Assembly (NCBI GenBank): GCA_003567115.1
Contig: PXAP01000116.1
Coordinates: 1 to 47,489 of the forward strand
Source of the DNA: Bacteroidota bacterium
Lineage (GTDB): Bacteria > Bacteroidota > Bacteroidia > Bacteroidales > PUMT01
DNA length: 47,489 nt
Reading direction: 5' to 3'
Below, piece after piece: positions 19,836 through 30,574 of this stretch. The translations under genes were made by a program, and so were the position numbers. How positions within the stretch are numbered: position 1 is the first letter of the stretch; each line of letters starts with the position of its first letter. The notes under the pieces are model-generated. The model worked only from the letters and a program-made list of their open reading frames with translations, was not told the DNA's origin and ran no database searches.

Positions 19836-19842
19836 AATTATT

Positions 19843-21039
19843 TTATTGCCTGCTAAGCCATATCAGTGGATTTAGTTTCTCATTCTCTTCCCATATTTCA
19901 ATATGCAGAACACTTTTATTGTTCGCTTCGCTATCCGAAAAAACTCTTCCTATAAGCTGTTTTGTCTGTACTTTGTCACCTGCACGAACATATACATGAG
20001 CTAAATTAGCATACACTGTAAGAAAGCTTCCATGACGCAGAAGCACAACATTGTTCAATCCCGGGACTGTTCTCACCTGACGAACTTCGCCATTAAAAAG
20101 CGCCATTACTTCAGCATTTTCATCAGTACTAATATCAATTCCATTATTTTGTGTTTCAATACCCCGTAAAACAGGATGGGGATGTACGCCGAAAAATCCG
20201 GTAACAACTCCTCTTTCTATAGGCCACGGTAGTCTTCCCTTATTTTCCTGGAATTGATCTGAAATTATCTTTTCCTCGGGAGTTAACTCATATACATCCT
20301 TCATTTTAGCAATATCAGCTTCCTCTTTAAGCAACTGTTCGATAGCTTGCTGTAATGCTTCAGCTACCCGTTTTTGCTGTTCGATTTGGTTTCGAAGCTC
20401 AGTCTCCTTTCTTCTTAAATCCTGAACAATTGAATTTTGTTGTCGCTGTTCCTGACTCAGAATGTTTTCTTCGCTTTGCTTTTCTTCCAAAAGAACATTC
20501 TTTTCATTAATTTGCAGTTCCAGTTCCTCAATTTCACTAACTATTTCCTTATTTAACTCCTCAATTCTTGTAATTTGTCTTTGCCTTGATTTTCCATATT
20601 GCTGCAGATATCGATACCTGCGAAATGCCTGATTAAAATCTTCTGCTGATAATATAAACATAACCTTCTGGTGAGCAAACCTGTGTTTGTAAGCAATCCT
20701 AATGAGCTGTGCATATGAATCCCTTGTTTCGTTCAGTTCATTTTCAAGTTCACTAATGCTTTCCTGATTTTCCTTAATTGAATTATCATAAAATTCAATT
20801 TCCGATTCTATTGTGGAAATCAAATTTTGCCTTGAAATGAGGCGTTGATTAATTATATTAAGCTTTTCTAAATTATTTTGCCGGGTGATTCCGGTTTCCT
20901 CGAGTAATCGTGCAGTATTGTCAATTATTTCCTGAGCTTCAAGTCGTTGTTTTTCAAGTTCTGCTTTACTCTGACCAGTCAGGATTTCTCCCTTGAGTAA
21001 CAACAATACTAAGACAAATATTACAGAAATTCTTTCCAT
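19843..21039 (-). CDS. M23 family peptidoglycan metalloendopeptidase with long coiled coil (EnvC-like murein hydrolase activator)
   Basis: 398 aa. Signal peptide, ~230-aa Q/E/L-rich coiled coil, and a C-terminal LytM/M23 domain (GIDISTDENAEV...VVLLRHGSFLTVYANL...LHIEIW). Confidence 0.85.
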   Translation of the reverse strand: MERISVIFVLVLLLLKGEILTGQSKAELEKQRLEAQEIIDNTARLLEETGITRQNNLEKLNIINQRLISRQNLISTIESEIEFYDNSIKENQESISELENELNETRDSYAQLIRIAYKHRFAHQKVMFILSAEDFNQAFRRYRYLQQYGKSRQRQITRIEELNKEIVSEIEELELQINEKNVLLEEKQSEENILSQEQRQQNSIVQDLRRKETELRNQIEQQKRVAEALQQAIEQLLKEEADIAKMKDVYELTPEEKIISDQFQENKGRLPWPIERGVVTGFFGVHPHPVLRGIETQNNGIDISTDENAEVMALFNGEVRQVRTVPGLNNVVLLRHGSFLTVYANLAHVYVRAGDKVQTKQLIGRVFSDSEANNKSVLHIEIWEENEKLNPLIWLSRQ

Positions 21040-21043
21040 AATA

Positions 21044-21856
21044 TTAATTAATATATCTATAACCGCTTGGAATATTAAAAGGAAAACTCAGATCATCGTC
21101 CAGGTGAATCCGTCCTATATTAAAACTGGCATAAAAGGGGATGTTATTTTTAGTAAATTGCAAATCAATCTGTTCAGGCAATACCACTCCGTCATAATCG
21201 CCGTACGATGCATATTTAATTCTTGTATAACTATCTCTATTCTCAGAATATATTTCGACACTCCTTATAAGGAAATCAGGGTCCAGCTTAACCCGAACTT
21301 CATCATTACTATTATTTTCGTTGCCAAAATCATTAATATCATTATAATGAAGTGTCAATAAATCTTTGTCGAACAAATAATTCTGTTTTCTGTCAAACAG
21401 ATCAAATTTCTTAAAAATATATGGTGAAGGTCCCAAAAAAAGACTTTCAATCATTTCATAATTGCTTATAAATGGAATAATAACAATAGACTTTTCATAA
21501 CTTCCCTGAAAATAAACATTATTTATCCGGTCAATGATTCTTACACTATCAATTTCAAACATAATCCGGGCAACTTCTATCCCGGCAAAAGCATTAATAC
21601 TTATCATAACAGCCGAATCGCGCTGTATTCTGACAGACCCGCGAAGATTCAGCTCTTCGGTATTGTCATCTATATGTAACCTCATCCTCCGGGCTGAATA
21701 AGTTCGAAAACTATGCATGTTATTACTGATCTCCTGAAAAATTTCTTCACCGGAATATAGCTCCTTTTCCGTAACAACCGGAGTTATAGTTTTGCAAGAT
21801 GAAAATATAACGGCAGTTAAAATAACCATTAAAATATTACTAAATGATTTTAACAT
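21044..21856 (-). CDS. DUF4292-like lipoprotein (LolB-like fold family)
   Basis: 270 aa with signal peptide FSSC. The position between a TPR protein and an M23 peptidase matches the conserved Bacteroidota arrangement as I recall it. Confidence 0.55.
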   Translation of the reverse strand: MLKSFSNILMVILTAVIFSSCKTITPVVTEKELYSGEEIFQEISNNMHSFRTYSARRMRLHIDDNTEELNLRGSVRIQRDSAVMISINAFAGIEVARIMFEIDSVRIIDRINNVYFQGSYEKSIVIIPFISNYEMIESLFLGPSPYIFKKFDLFDRKQNYLFDKDLLTLHYNDINDFGNENNSNDEVRVKLDPDFLIRSVEIYSENRDSYTRIKYASYGDYDGVVLPEQIDLQFTKNNIPFYASFNIGRIHLDDDLSFPFNIPSGYRYIN

Positions 21857-21969
21857 ATCTTTTTTATAATAGTTTTATATCCTTCCTTAATTCTATTTAA
21901 ACCATACTATATGACTCTGACAGGTATAAATTTTTAGTTCTTATATTTATTTTGCTGATTAATTGATAT

Positions 21970-23757
21970 TTAATTAATTATATCTTCTTCAATCATTAAA
22001 AGTAATTTTTCAATTTCTGCAGGATCATCAGTCATTTCAATGGTTTTCAGCAAATACCCCTTTGCCTCTTTATGATTCCCTGTTTTTATAAGTATTTTAC
22101 CATAGTGTTTCAGAACATCATAACTTTTATGACCACCATGATTATAAGCATGTTCTATGTATTTTAACGCCTCAACATAATTACCCAGCTTATATAAAAC
22201 CCATGCATATGTATCTAAGTAATGGTAATTTTCAGGTTCCATAATTATAGTTTCCTTACTTAACTTCAGCGCTTTTTCAAGTTTCTCTTCTCTTAACGCA
22301 AGGAAATACGCATAATTGTTAAAAGCAACAAGATTATTACTGCCCATACCGACCAACCTTTCAAACGACTTGTCAGAATCTGAAAAATTCCCTAATTTAT
22401 GGTACACATCAATAAGATAAGTATAAATATGTGCTTTAAGTTCACCGGTAATTCCTTCCTTTTTAAGTGCAATTTCAAAATATTTTGCGGCTTTAACGGT
22501 TTCATTGGTCATATAATGCGCAGTTCCCAAAAAATAGGGAATAAAAAAACTTTCCTGAAATCTAATAATCATATTCTTTCCGATCTCTTTGACTAATTCA
22601 TAATCTTCGTTAAAGGTCAAACTACCTGCCAGCTGCTCTGCAATCAAGATATTGTCAGGGTCGGATGCATGCATTTCATCTAAAAGTGCAACAGCCTTAT
22701 AATAATAACCAATATCTATGTAGTATTCGGCCAGGATGACCTTACAGAAGTTCTCTTCCGGATATTCTTCAACCAGCAATTCTCCGATTTCTTCTATTTT
22801 TTCAGATGGAAACCCCAACATATAACTTCCCTGCATAATTGAAGCAACGAATTTAACTTTTTCTTCAAACCCCAACTTAGGATTTCTAATTGCTTTTATC
22901 AGATACTCAACAGCACGATCAAACTTTCCGTCTTTAATGAAAAATTCTGCAATAGATATTTGGGCAATTCCATTATCAGGATCTATCTTAAACAATTTCT
23001 CATAACTATCAAGAGCTTCAGAATTCATTCCGACAGATATATAAAATTCTGCAAGCATTCCATAATATGCAGATTCATGCGGAAATTCATCAACTAATTT
23101 CTTAAGCTCTCTGTGAGCTTTCTCATATTCACCTCTTTTTATAAATATGTGATTCCGAGCTATAGATACACTTTCATTAATTCCTGTCATTTTTTCAATT
23201 TGTGCATATATATCAAGGGCTTTATCATACATTTTTTTGTTTTCATATATTGATCCTAGGGTGACATATAAATCCACATTGTCATAAAAAACTTCAATTG
23301 CCTTTTGATATAACTCAATGGTCTTTTCCTGATTATTATCCTCACTATATAATTTGGCGAGTTTAACATAATACCAAATATTAGTAGTATCTAAGTCCAG
23401 TGCCCTGGCAGCACTTTCAACAGCCAGATCAATTTCACCACCTAAGGAATAAATTTTTGAAAGTTCATAAAAGGCCACATCACTGTCCGGATAAATCTCC
23501 AGACATCTTTTAAAATAATAAATGGCACTTTTATAATCACCTAATAAACTGTATTTTATGCCCTGATGTAATGAGTATATATATTCCAGTTCGTAAATCT
23601 CCTCAATGTAATCATATTCTTCTTTTTGATTAATAAAATCTCCGGATTTACATTGGATTGAAAACAGGAAAATCACTAAACAGCCGGCTGTTATACAATA
23701 ATGCTTAATCCCAATGTTCAACCGGTATTTATCTGTCTCTTTAAATAAATCTTTCAT
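21970..23757 (-). CDS. Tetratricopeptide repeat protein
   Basis: 595 aa with repeated ~34-aa A/Y/L-patterned units throughout (e.g. YYELSKIYSLGGEIDLAVESAARALDLD). Confidence 0.85.
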   Translation of the reverse strand: MKDLFKETDKYRLNIGIKHYCITAGCLVIFLFSIQCKSGDFINQKEEYDYIEEIYELEYIYSLHQGIKYSLLGDYKSAIYYFKRCLEIYPDSDVAFYELSKIYSLGGEIDLAVESAARALDLDTTNIWYYVKLAKLYSEDNNQEKTIELYQKAIEVFYDNVDLYVTLGSIYENKKMYDKALDIYAQIEKMTGINESVSIARNHIFIKRGEYEKAHRELKKLVDEFPHESAYYGMLAEFYISVGMNSEALDSYEKLFKIDPDNGIAQISIAEFFIKDGKFDRAVEYLIKAIRNPKLGFEEKVKFVASIMQGSYMLGFPSEKIEEIGELLVEEYPEENFCKVILAEYYIDIGYYYKAVALLDEMHASDPDNILIAEQLAGSLTFNEDYELVKEIGKNMIIRFQESFFIPYFLGTAHYMTNETVKAAKYFEIALKKEGITGELKAHIYTYLIDVYHKLGNFSDSDKSFERLVGMGSNNLVAFNNYAYFLALREEKLEKALKLSKETIIMEPENYHYLDTYAWVLYKLGNYVEALKYIEHAYNHGGHKSYDVLKHYGKILIKTGNHKEAKGYLLKTIEMTDDPAEIEKLLLMIEEDIIN

Positions 23758-23865
23758 TAAATATGATTATATCGTTTATACATAGCTAAAAATAATTATA
23801 AATAAAATCTATCTTTTAACTTCTTTTTAAAGTTATTGATTATAATCTTATTTATTGAAAAGTTT

Positions 23866-24300
23866 TCAACTCTTACCGGTGTGTCCGAAGCCACCATCCC
23901 CGCGTTCCGAATTATTAATAATGTCAGATTCTTCCCATTTAATCTGATAGCATTTTTGGAAAATTATCTGACATATTCTATCACCATTCTGAATCAAAAA
24001 TTCCTCATGGGATAAGTTAATAAGTATCACCTTAATCTCGCCCCGATAATCGGAATCGATTGTTCCTGGCGAATTTAAAACAGTAACTCCATATTTATTG
24101 GCAAGTCCGCTCCGGGGCCTTATTTGAGCTTCATAACCTTTTGGTAATTCAATGAATATCCCGGTAGGAACCAGATATCTCTGAAAAGGTTTTAATTTTA
24201 TATCAGTGTCAATGCTTGCACGTAAATCCATTCCTGCCGATTCTTTAGTTTCATAAGCAGGAAGAGGATTACCAGAAATATTTTTTATTTTAACATTCAT
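23866..24300 (-). CDS. dut: dUTP diphosphatase
   Basis: 144 aa with motifs [22 protein letters not shown] and GGFGHTG. Confidence 0.95.
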   Translation of the reverse strand: MNVKIKNISGNPLPAYETKESAGMDLRASIDTDIKLKPFQRYLVPTGIFIELPKGYEAQIRPRSGLANKYGVTVLNSPGTIDSDYRGEIKVILINLSHEEFLIQNGDRICQIIFQKCYQIKWEESDIINNSERGDGGFGHTGKS

Positions 24301-24307
24301 TTAATAC

Positions 24308-25804
24308 TTATTTACGAGTTTTCATTATAAGACTATAAATTTCATTCATAAGTGATCTTTCCCGGTACCCGACAATAGTGATAAAAATAAATATAAATAA
24401 GCTGTTTATAATCAATCTGTAAAAAATATCTTCGATATCAATTACACCAGATATTAAAAATAATCCGACTCCAACAAAAAGATAAAACAAAATCTTACTA
24501 ATATTATATGGGATTGGATAATAATATCTTCCTACAATAAAAGAAATTACAACCATGAAAAAATAAGATAAAAAATGGCCCCATGCAGACGCCATATAAC
24601 CATAATATGGAATAAAAAAGTAATTTATCGCTACAGTTATAAGAGCCCCTCCGGTAGCAAATAAAGCACTAAAAAAAGTGATCTCTTTCAATTTATACCA
24701 TACAGATAAATTAAAGTATATACCAAGCATCAGATTACCAAGTAAAACAATCGGTACAATATTTAGTCCCTCATGATAATTTGAACCTATAATATGTTTA
24801 AAAAAATCTATATAAAGGGTAATTACAAGAAAAATGAATACAGCGAAAATTGTAAAATAATGAAGTACGGTTGCATATAATTTTAGACTGTCTTTACTTT
24901 TTTCCTGGCTGAAGAAAAACGGTTCCGAAGCATACCTGAACATCTGTATGAAAAGTGTCATTAATACGGCAATTTTAATATTGGCACCATAAATACCGAT
25001 CTGTTCTAGGGCGTCAATATTGTCAGGAAGCCGATATCTTAACATTATTCTGTCAATAACCTCATTAACTGTACCTGCCAGTCCTCCGATCAACAAAGGA
25101 AAAGAATATATAAGCATTGATTTTAAAAGTGTCCATGAATACCTGAACTCAGACCTGATGATATCTTTTAAAAAAAACGTAAGAGTAAAGATTGATGCAA
25201 GCAAATTGGCCAGAAATACATAACCGACCCGGTTTTCAGGATCATAGATTATACCGGCAAAATTTATATTATATCCAATATCGGAAAGCCAGGGAAGGAT
25301 AAGAAGAAAAAAGACATTTAAAAAAATATTAACTGAAACATTGATCAATTTTATAATGGCAAATGAAAATGCTTTATTCATAAACCTTAACCGTGCAAAC
25401 GGAATTGCCATAATTGCATCAACCGACAACACAAGTCCAAGTAATAAAATAAATTTTTCCTGTTCACCGTAACCTATTATAGTTGCTATCTGCGGGTAAA
25501 AAATTAATATTAGTACAGCAAATAACAGGGATGTAGTAATCAATGAAATTAAGCTGGTAGAGAAAACCAGATTTGAATCTTTGTGTTTTGATGAAAACCT
25601 GAAAAATGCAGTTTCCATTCCGTATGACAGAATAATTATCAAAAATGCAACATATGCATATAGTTCGCTTATAATACCAAATTCTGCAGTATCAGTGAAT
25701 ACTCTGGTATAAAAAGGAACCAAAAGAAAATTAAGAATTCTTGCAATAACGCTGCTTAAACCGTATATAGCAGTTTGTCCGGCCAGTTGTTTTAAGGAAT
25801 TCAA
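24308..25804 (-). CDS. Oligosaccharide/polysaccharide flippase family protein (MOP superfamily, Wzx-like)
   Basis: 498 aa with ~14 predicted TM segments. The N-terminus, LAGQTAIYGLSSVIARILNFLLVPFYTRVF, is typical of the family. Confidence 0.8.
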   Translation of the reverse strand: MNSLKQLAGQTAIYGLSSVIARILNFLLVPFYTRVFTDTAEFGIISELYAYVAFLIIILSYGMETAFFRFSSKHKDSNLVFSTSLISLITTSLLFAVLILIFYPQIATIIGYGEQEKFILLLGLVLSVDAIMAIPFARLRFMNKAFSFAIIKLINVSVNIFLNVFFLLILPWLSDIGYNINFAGIIYDPENRVGYVFLANLLASIFTLTFFLKDIIRSEFRYSWTLLKSMLIYSFPLLIGGLAGTVNEVIDRIMLRYRLPDNIDALEQIGIYGANIKIAVLMTLFIQMFRYASEPFFFSQEKSKDSLKLYATVLHYFTIFAVFIFLVITLYIDFFKHIIGSNYHEGLNIVPIVLLGNLMLGIYFNLSVWYKLKEITFFSALFATGGALITVAINYFFIPYYGYMASAWGHFLSYFFMVVISFIVGRYYYPIPYNISKILFYLFVGVGLFLISGVIDIEDIFYRLIINSLFIFIFITIVGYRERSLMNEIYSLIMKTRK

Positions 25805-26691
25805 TTCGCGTTGTTCTTATTATATGCATCAATATATATTGTGGCAAAAATATCTAATTCATTTTTAATTTTATACCTTAATTCATCAGTAATGCTATTT
25901 GCCTGCTTTATATTAAAATCACCCGGCAATTTTATATGAAAAGTAAGTTCAGTGTGATTCCCATATCTGTGCATATGAAAATGGTGTAAATAAAGATCCT
26001 CATGATATGTTTCATTGCTTAGTTTTTTAATCATCGCTATCAGTTCTTCGTTAGGCTTTTCCCCTAACATAGTATTTATGCTGTCCTTGATAATCCGGTA
26101 AGCTAATATTAAAATTGTTGCCGAAACAAATATTCCCAATGCTCCATCAATCCACCACAAATATTTTTCCAACAAAATCCCTATCAGTATGATTCCACTT
26201 GTAAAAGCATCAGAACGGTGATGCCATCCGTCAGCTTCAGTTGATCTGTTATTTTCGTTTTTTGAAGCAGTAAACGAAACCCTTGCCATAATTTCTTTCC
26301 CAACAAGCGAAATGCTAGTGGCTACAATTGCGAAGGTTCCGAACTCAACGGGTACCTTATTTATAATATTAGTGACCGAGTCATGCATAAAATTTAACGC
26401 TACCAGTACAAGTAAAATCCCAATAAAAAAAGTTGTAATAATTTCAGCCCGACCATGCCCGTAAGGGTGATCTTTATCCGGAGGTTTGGAAGAAACATAT
26501 AAACCGACAAGAAGTATGACTGAAGATATAGAATCTGCAATTGTATGCCATGCATCGGCAATAAGTGCCACAGATCCGGATATTATACCTGCCCATAACT
26601 TAATTATAAACAATATAAAATTTCCGGTAATTGAAAAAAACCCGGCGAATTTTCCGGTAATATAATTTTTATTAAACATAATCAAAAGCAT
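25801..26691 (-). CDS. Cation diffusion facilitator family transporter
   Basis: 296 aa. SGSVALIADAWHTIADSISS, HHRSDAFTS, six TM segments and a C-terminal cytoplasmic domain. It overlaps the flippase start by 4 nt. Confidence 0.9.
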   Translation of the reverse strand: MLLIMFNKNYITGKFAGFFSITGNFILFIIKLWAGIISGSVALIADAWHTIADSISSVILLVGLYVSSKPPDKDHPYGHGRAEIITTFFIGILLVLVALNFMHDSVTNIINKVPVEFGTFAIVATSISLVGKEIMARVSFTASKNENNRSTEADGWHHRSDAFTSGIILIGILLEKYLWWIDGALGIFVSATILILAYRIIKDSINTMLGEKPNEELIAMIKKLSNETYHEDLYLHHFHMHRYGNHTELTFHIKLPGDFNIKQANSITDELRYKIKNELDIFATIYIDAYNKNNAN

Positions 26692-26965
26692 CCTGATGGT
26701 GAAATGCTAATATTCATAAATTTTCATTAATGATAAATAAATTATTACCAATCATCAGAAATTCATAATTGCACTATTGAAAGTAATCATATTGAAAAAT
26801 AAATATTATTTTAATTTAACTATTAAACATTTTTATAAAATCCTTACGTTTGCATTTTTATATAAGATATTTAATCCGTCTAAGTATTGTTTGGGTAGGC
26901 TAATTTATATATAATCCTGAAAAAATATTGTCCTATTATATAATATCTAATCATTTACTATCATA

Positions 26966-27982
26966 ATGAAAGACAGAATCGAAGATATTATTAAAAAAGT
27001 CAGCCAATTTTCTGCCGATAATCAAAGCGAAATTGAAAAATTCAGAATACAATTTTTGGGTAAAAAAGGGATCATCCCTGAACTGTTCAAAGAATTCAAA
27101 AATCTTCCCCCTGCAGAAAAAAAAGTTACAGGTATTCTTCTAAACGAATTAAAAAAACTTGTACAGGATAAGGTTGATCTATCAAAGAAGAAATTAGCCG
27201 ATAAACGTAAATTTTCAATTAATCTTGATCTTACCCTTCCGGCAAGCCAAATAATTATTGGTAGCCGTCATCCCATATCAATGGTAAGAAGGGAAATTAT
27301 TGATATATTCAGTAAACTTGGTTTTACTATATCGCAAGGTCCTGAAATTGAGGATGACTGGCATGTATTTTCCGCCCTGAATTTTCCCCCTGAGCATCCG
27401 GCAAGAGATATGCAGGATACATTTTTCATCTCAAAAGATCCGGATATCCTTCTGAGAACCCACACCTCATCGGTTCAGGTGCGGGTTATGGAAACCACCA
27501 GTCCTCCGATACGCACAATATCCCCTGGAAGAGTTTTTAGAAATGAAGTAATATCAGCAAGATCACACTGTATTTTCCATCAGATAGAAGGATTATATGT
27601 AGATGAGAATGTTTCTTTTGCGGATCTTAAACAAACTCTTGAATTTTTTGCAAAAGAATATTTCGGTGAAGAGACAAAAATTCGCCTGAGACCTTCCTTC
27701 TTTCCTTTTACCGAACCTTCAGGGGAAATGGATGTATCGTGCAGTTGTAAAGGAAGAGGATGTAAATTATGTAAATATACAGGATGGCTTGAAGTTCTGG
27801 GTTGCGGAATGGTAGATCCTAATGTTTTATCTGAATGCAATATAGATCCATCAAAATATACCGGCTTTGCCTTTGGCCTGGGCATTGAAAGAATAGCACT
27901 ACTAAAATATCATATAAATGATATACGGTTGTATTTTGAAAACGATGTTCGTTTTCTTAATCAGTTTACAGGAATTATTTAA
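26966..27982 (+). CDS. pheS: Phenylalanine--tRNA ligase alpha subunit
   Basis: 338 aa with class II aaRS motifs (HPARDMQDTFF, FRNE, GFAFGLGIERIALL). Confidence 0.95.
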   Translation: MKDRIEDIIKKVSQFSADNQSEIEKFRIQFLGKKGIIPELFKEFKNLPPAEKKVTGILLNELKKLVQDKVDLSKKKLADKRKFSINLDLTLPASQIIIGSRHPISMVRREIIDIFSKLGFTISQGPEIEDDWHVFSALNFPPEHPARDMQDTFFISKDPDILLRTHTSSVQVRVMETTSPPIRTISPGRVFRNEVISARSHCIFHQIEGLYVDENVSFADLKQTLEFFAKEYFGEETKIRLRPSFFPFTEPSGEMDVSCSCKGRGCKLCKYTGWLEVLGCGMVDPNVLSECNIDPSKYTGFAFGLGIERIALLKYHINDIRLYFENDVRFLNQFTGII

Positions 27983-28161
27983 CGTATTTATTTAACAACT
28001 TACTTTCAAATGATTATATAACTTTTTAAAATAATTTTATTTTTTTAAATTTACATATTTATATACTTTTTTAAGTCTTTCTAAATTTTCCTTTCTATTG
28101 TCCAATTTTTAAAAAATATTTATGTACTATAACGAAGTTTTTTCAATTCCGTTTTAAGTCT

Positions 28162-28312
28162 AAATTCGCTAAAATCGGATTATCCATCACCAGAGTGGTT
28201 TTAACGACTATTTTTGCATCGCACCGCGGATTTTTTTATCTCATGCCTTTCGGGTAAAGCTCCGCCAGGACATGGACACGCTCTGAGGACCTGGATTTTT
28301 AAATTACATTAA
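28162..28312 (+). repeat. Family-A element copy A1 (full length, ~150 bp), immediately upstream of the Crp/Fnr gene
   Basis: Shares the blocks AAATTCGCTAAAA, TTTTAAC, CGCACCGCG, TAAAGCTCCGCCAGGAC and AAATTACATTAA with A2 and A3. Confidence 0.75.
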
Positions 28313-28353
28313 TTTGATTTTATTTATATTTATCAGTCACCATCTATGTTTCT

Positions 28354-29031
28354 ATGTGCAACTGTTCAACAGATTTAAATAATATCTTCAGGCATCTTAC
28401 ACCTGAAGAACACGCCTCTATTTCTCCGGACAGGAACTGTGATTATTACACAAGGGGATCTGTAATTTATAATGAAGGACACAGAATATCCGGATGTTTT
28501 TGTGTAAATAGTGGTATTATCAAAATATTCAAAACCGGTATTGACGGTAAGGAACAGATTATAACTTTTGCTAAAAAAGGTGATATTATAGGTTTTCGTT
28601 CAGTTCTCAGTGGCGAACTTGCTTGCACAACAGCTAAGGTTATTGAAAATTCATATCTTTGCTATATTCCCGGTAATATTCTTATTGAACTTTTCAAAAG
28701 TAACGCAGAATTTTCTATGGATCTCATGCAACTGGCCTGTAAAGAACTGGGTGAAGCAAATGCTTATATTACCGATATTGCCCAAAAAACTGTTCGCGAA
28801 AGGCTGGCAGAAGTTCTTCTTATACTAAAAAATGATTTCTATCTTGATAATGATCAATTTCTTCAGATTACTCTTACCCGTGAAGAACTAGCAAATATTG
28901 TTGGTACTGCTACAGAATCAGTTATTCGACTGTTATCAGAATTCAAGTCTGATAAGCTCATAGAGCTTCATGGTCGGAGGATAAAATTTCTTGATATTCC
29001 AGGCCTTAAAAAAACAGCCAACATATTTTGA
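28354..29031 (+). CDS. Crp/Fnr family transcriptional regulator
   Basis: 225 aa. cNMP-binding-like beta-barrel (GDIIGFRSVLSGE) and a C-terminal HTH (LTREELANIVGTATESVIRLLSEF). Confidence 0.9.
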   Translation: MCNCSTDLNNIFRHLTPEEHASISPDRNCDYYTRGSVIYNEGHRISGCFCVNSGIIKIFKTGIDGKEQIITFAKKGDIIGFRSVLSGELACTTAKVIENSYLCYIPGNILIELFKSNAEFSMDLMQLACKELGEANAYITDIAQKTVRERLAEVLLILKNDFYLDNDQFLQITLTREELANIVGTATESVIRLLSEFKSDKLIELHGRRIKFLDIPGLKKTANIF

Positions 29032-29046
29032 TTTGTTCTTATTTAC

Positions 29047-29217
29047 CTAAAAATATTTTCTACTTACAATTACATGCACAATTAAGCCTAACACTATTAA
29101 TGCTCCGCTTACCTGCAATGTTATATTACCGGTAGTTTCCTGTAAAACACCAAATACAAGTACAGCAATGCCGATTATAAATAACGTTAGTCCTAAATTT
29201 TGAATCAATATTTTCAT
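29047..29217 (-). CDS. Candidate 56-aa two-TM small membrane protein (below the ORF-track cutoff)
   Basis: My own translation of the minus strand gives MKILIQNLGLTLFIIGIAVLVFGVLQETTGNITLQVSGALIVLGLIVHVIVSRKYF*. It has ATG and TAG, two hydrophobic helices and a basic C-terminus. No homology evidence. Confidence 0.3.
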   Translation of the reverse strand: MKILIQNLGLTLFIIGIAVLVFGVLQETTGNITLQVSGALIVLGLIVHVIVSRKYF

Positions 29218-29286
29218 ATTTTCAGAATTAAATTTTGCACCAAAAATAAGTAATAATTTTATAAATGCTCTATCATTAAAGGTAAA

Positions 29287-29532
29287 AAATTCGCTAAAAC
29301 AGGACTATCCATCACCGGAGGAGGTGACTTTAACCCCGAATTTTGCTTCGCACCGCGAATTTTTTAGTCGCACATACTTTTCGTGCAAAGCCCCGCCAGG
29401 ATTAAATATTTGCATATGGATAAAATTTAGCATCCTGGTAACTTTGTGGCATTAAAATAATTATCCCCAAGGTTCAAAGGCTCAGGGATGTTTCCGGAGT
29501 TTATGAATTAATAAGGTTAAATTACATTAAAA
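29287..29532 (+). repeat. Family-A element copy A2, interrupted by a family-B copy
   Basis: The A 5' part (29287-29400) ends at CAAAGCCCCGCCAGG. A sequence resumes at ATTACATTAAAA (29521-29532). About 30 bp of the A 3' region is missing. Confidence 0.75.
29401..29520 (+). mobile_element. Family-B copy B2 lodged inside A2; right TIR intact, left TIR truncated
   Basis: ATTAAATATTTGCAT...TAGCATCCTGG...CCCCAAGGTTCAAAGGCTCAG...TTTATGAATTAATAAGGTTAA aligns with B1 along its length. Confidence 0.55.
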
Positions 29533-29548
29533 TATTTTGATCCAATAC

Positions 29549-30574
29549 TTAAAACAGCATTTTTTCAATTCCTCCTTTATTCTTACCAATATGATCATAC
29601 CCCAGCTGAGTAACTTCTCTTCCTCTTGGTGTTCTTTTTATATATCCCTCTTTTATTAAGAAGGGCTCATATACCTCTTCTATAGTTCCGGCATCTTCAT
29701 CTACAGCAATTGCAAGTGTTGAAATCCCGACAGGGCCTCCTTTAAATTTTTCTATAATAGTTAATATTATTCTGTTATCCATGTCATCCAGACCGTTCTT
29801 GTCAATATTCAAAGCTTCAAGTGCATATTCGGCTATTTCCTTATCTATAGATCCATTTCCTTTAACCTGAGCAAAATCTCTTACTCTTCTAAGCAATGCA
29901 TTAGCAATTCTGGGTGTGCCTCTGCTTCGACAGGCAATTATTTCAGATGCGTCAGTTGTTATTAAAATATTTAAAATTTCAGCAGATCTTTTTACTATTT
30001 TATCAAGTACCGTGGCATCATAATATTCAAGGTGTGAATTTATTCCAAATCGTGATCGCAGCGGACTGGTAAGTAATCCTGATCTTGTTGTTGCACCAAT
30101 TAGTGTAAAGGAATTTAATTTTAATTGTACTGATCGCGCTCCGGGACCCTTATCTATAAGTATATCAATTTTATAATCTTCCATCGCAGAATAAAGGTAC
30201 TCTTCTACAATTGAACTGAGACGGTGGATCTCATCAATGAACAGCACATCCATTTCTTCCAGACTTGTAAGCAAACCAGCAAGATCTCCTGGTTTGTCCA
30301 GAACGGGTCCAGATGTTATTTTTATATTCACACCCATTTCTCCGGCTATAATATTTGCAAGAGTAGTTTTACCCAATCCGGGTGGACCGTGCAGCAATAT
30401 ATGATCAATTGCCTCTTCTCTCATCCTGGCCGCTTCCACAAAAATTTTAAGATTTTCGACGGTTTTAAACTGTCCTTTGAAATCTTTAAATAATACAGGC
30501 CTGAGCTTTTGTTCAATTTCCTGCTCATGCAAATCTACCGGTTCACTTCTTATGTCAAAGTTATTTTCCATCAT
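29549..30574 (-). CDS. ruvB: Holliday junction branch migration DNA helicase RuvB
   Basis: 341 aa. Walker [10 protein letters not shown], Walker [10 protein letters not shown], and the sensor and winged-helix regions. Confidence 0.95.
   Translation of the reverse strand: MMENNFDIRSEPVDLHEQEIEQKLRPVLFKDFKGQFKTVENLKIFVEAARMREEAIDHILLHGPPGLGKTTLANIIAGEMGVNIKITSGPVLDKPGDLAGLLTSLEEMDVLFIDEIHRLSSIVEEYLYSAMEDYKIDILIDKGPGARSVQLKLNSFTLIGATTRSGLLTSPLRSRFGINSHLEYYDATVLDKIVKRSAEILNILITTDASEIIACRSRGTPRIANALLRRVRDFAQVKGNGSIDKEIAEYALEALNIDKNGLDDMDNRIILTIIEKFKGGPVGISTLAIAVDEDAGTIEEVYEPFLIKEGYIKRTPRGREVTQLGYDHIGKNKGGIEKMLF

Noticed and set aside
28162-28312. Known riboswitch classes for family A. The CAAAGCC block recalls c-di-GMP-I, and CCGCCAGG recalls the ZTP 3' element CCGCCUGGG.
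   Set aside because: Only these short strings match. The other obligatory conserved elements are absent (GGCAAACC with a tetraloop-receptor for GEMM-I; GACUGGCG for ZTP). The genomic contexts are also inconsistent with a 5'-UTR element.
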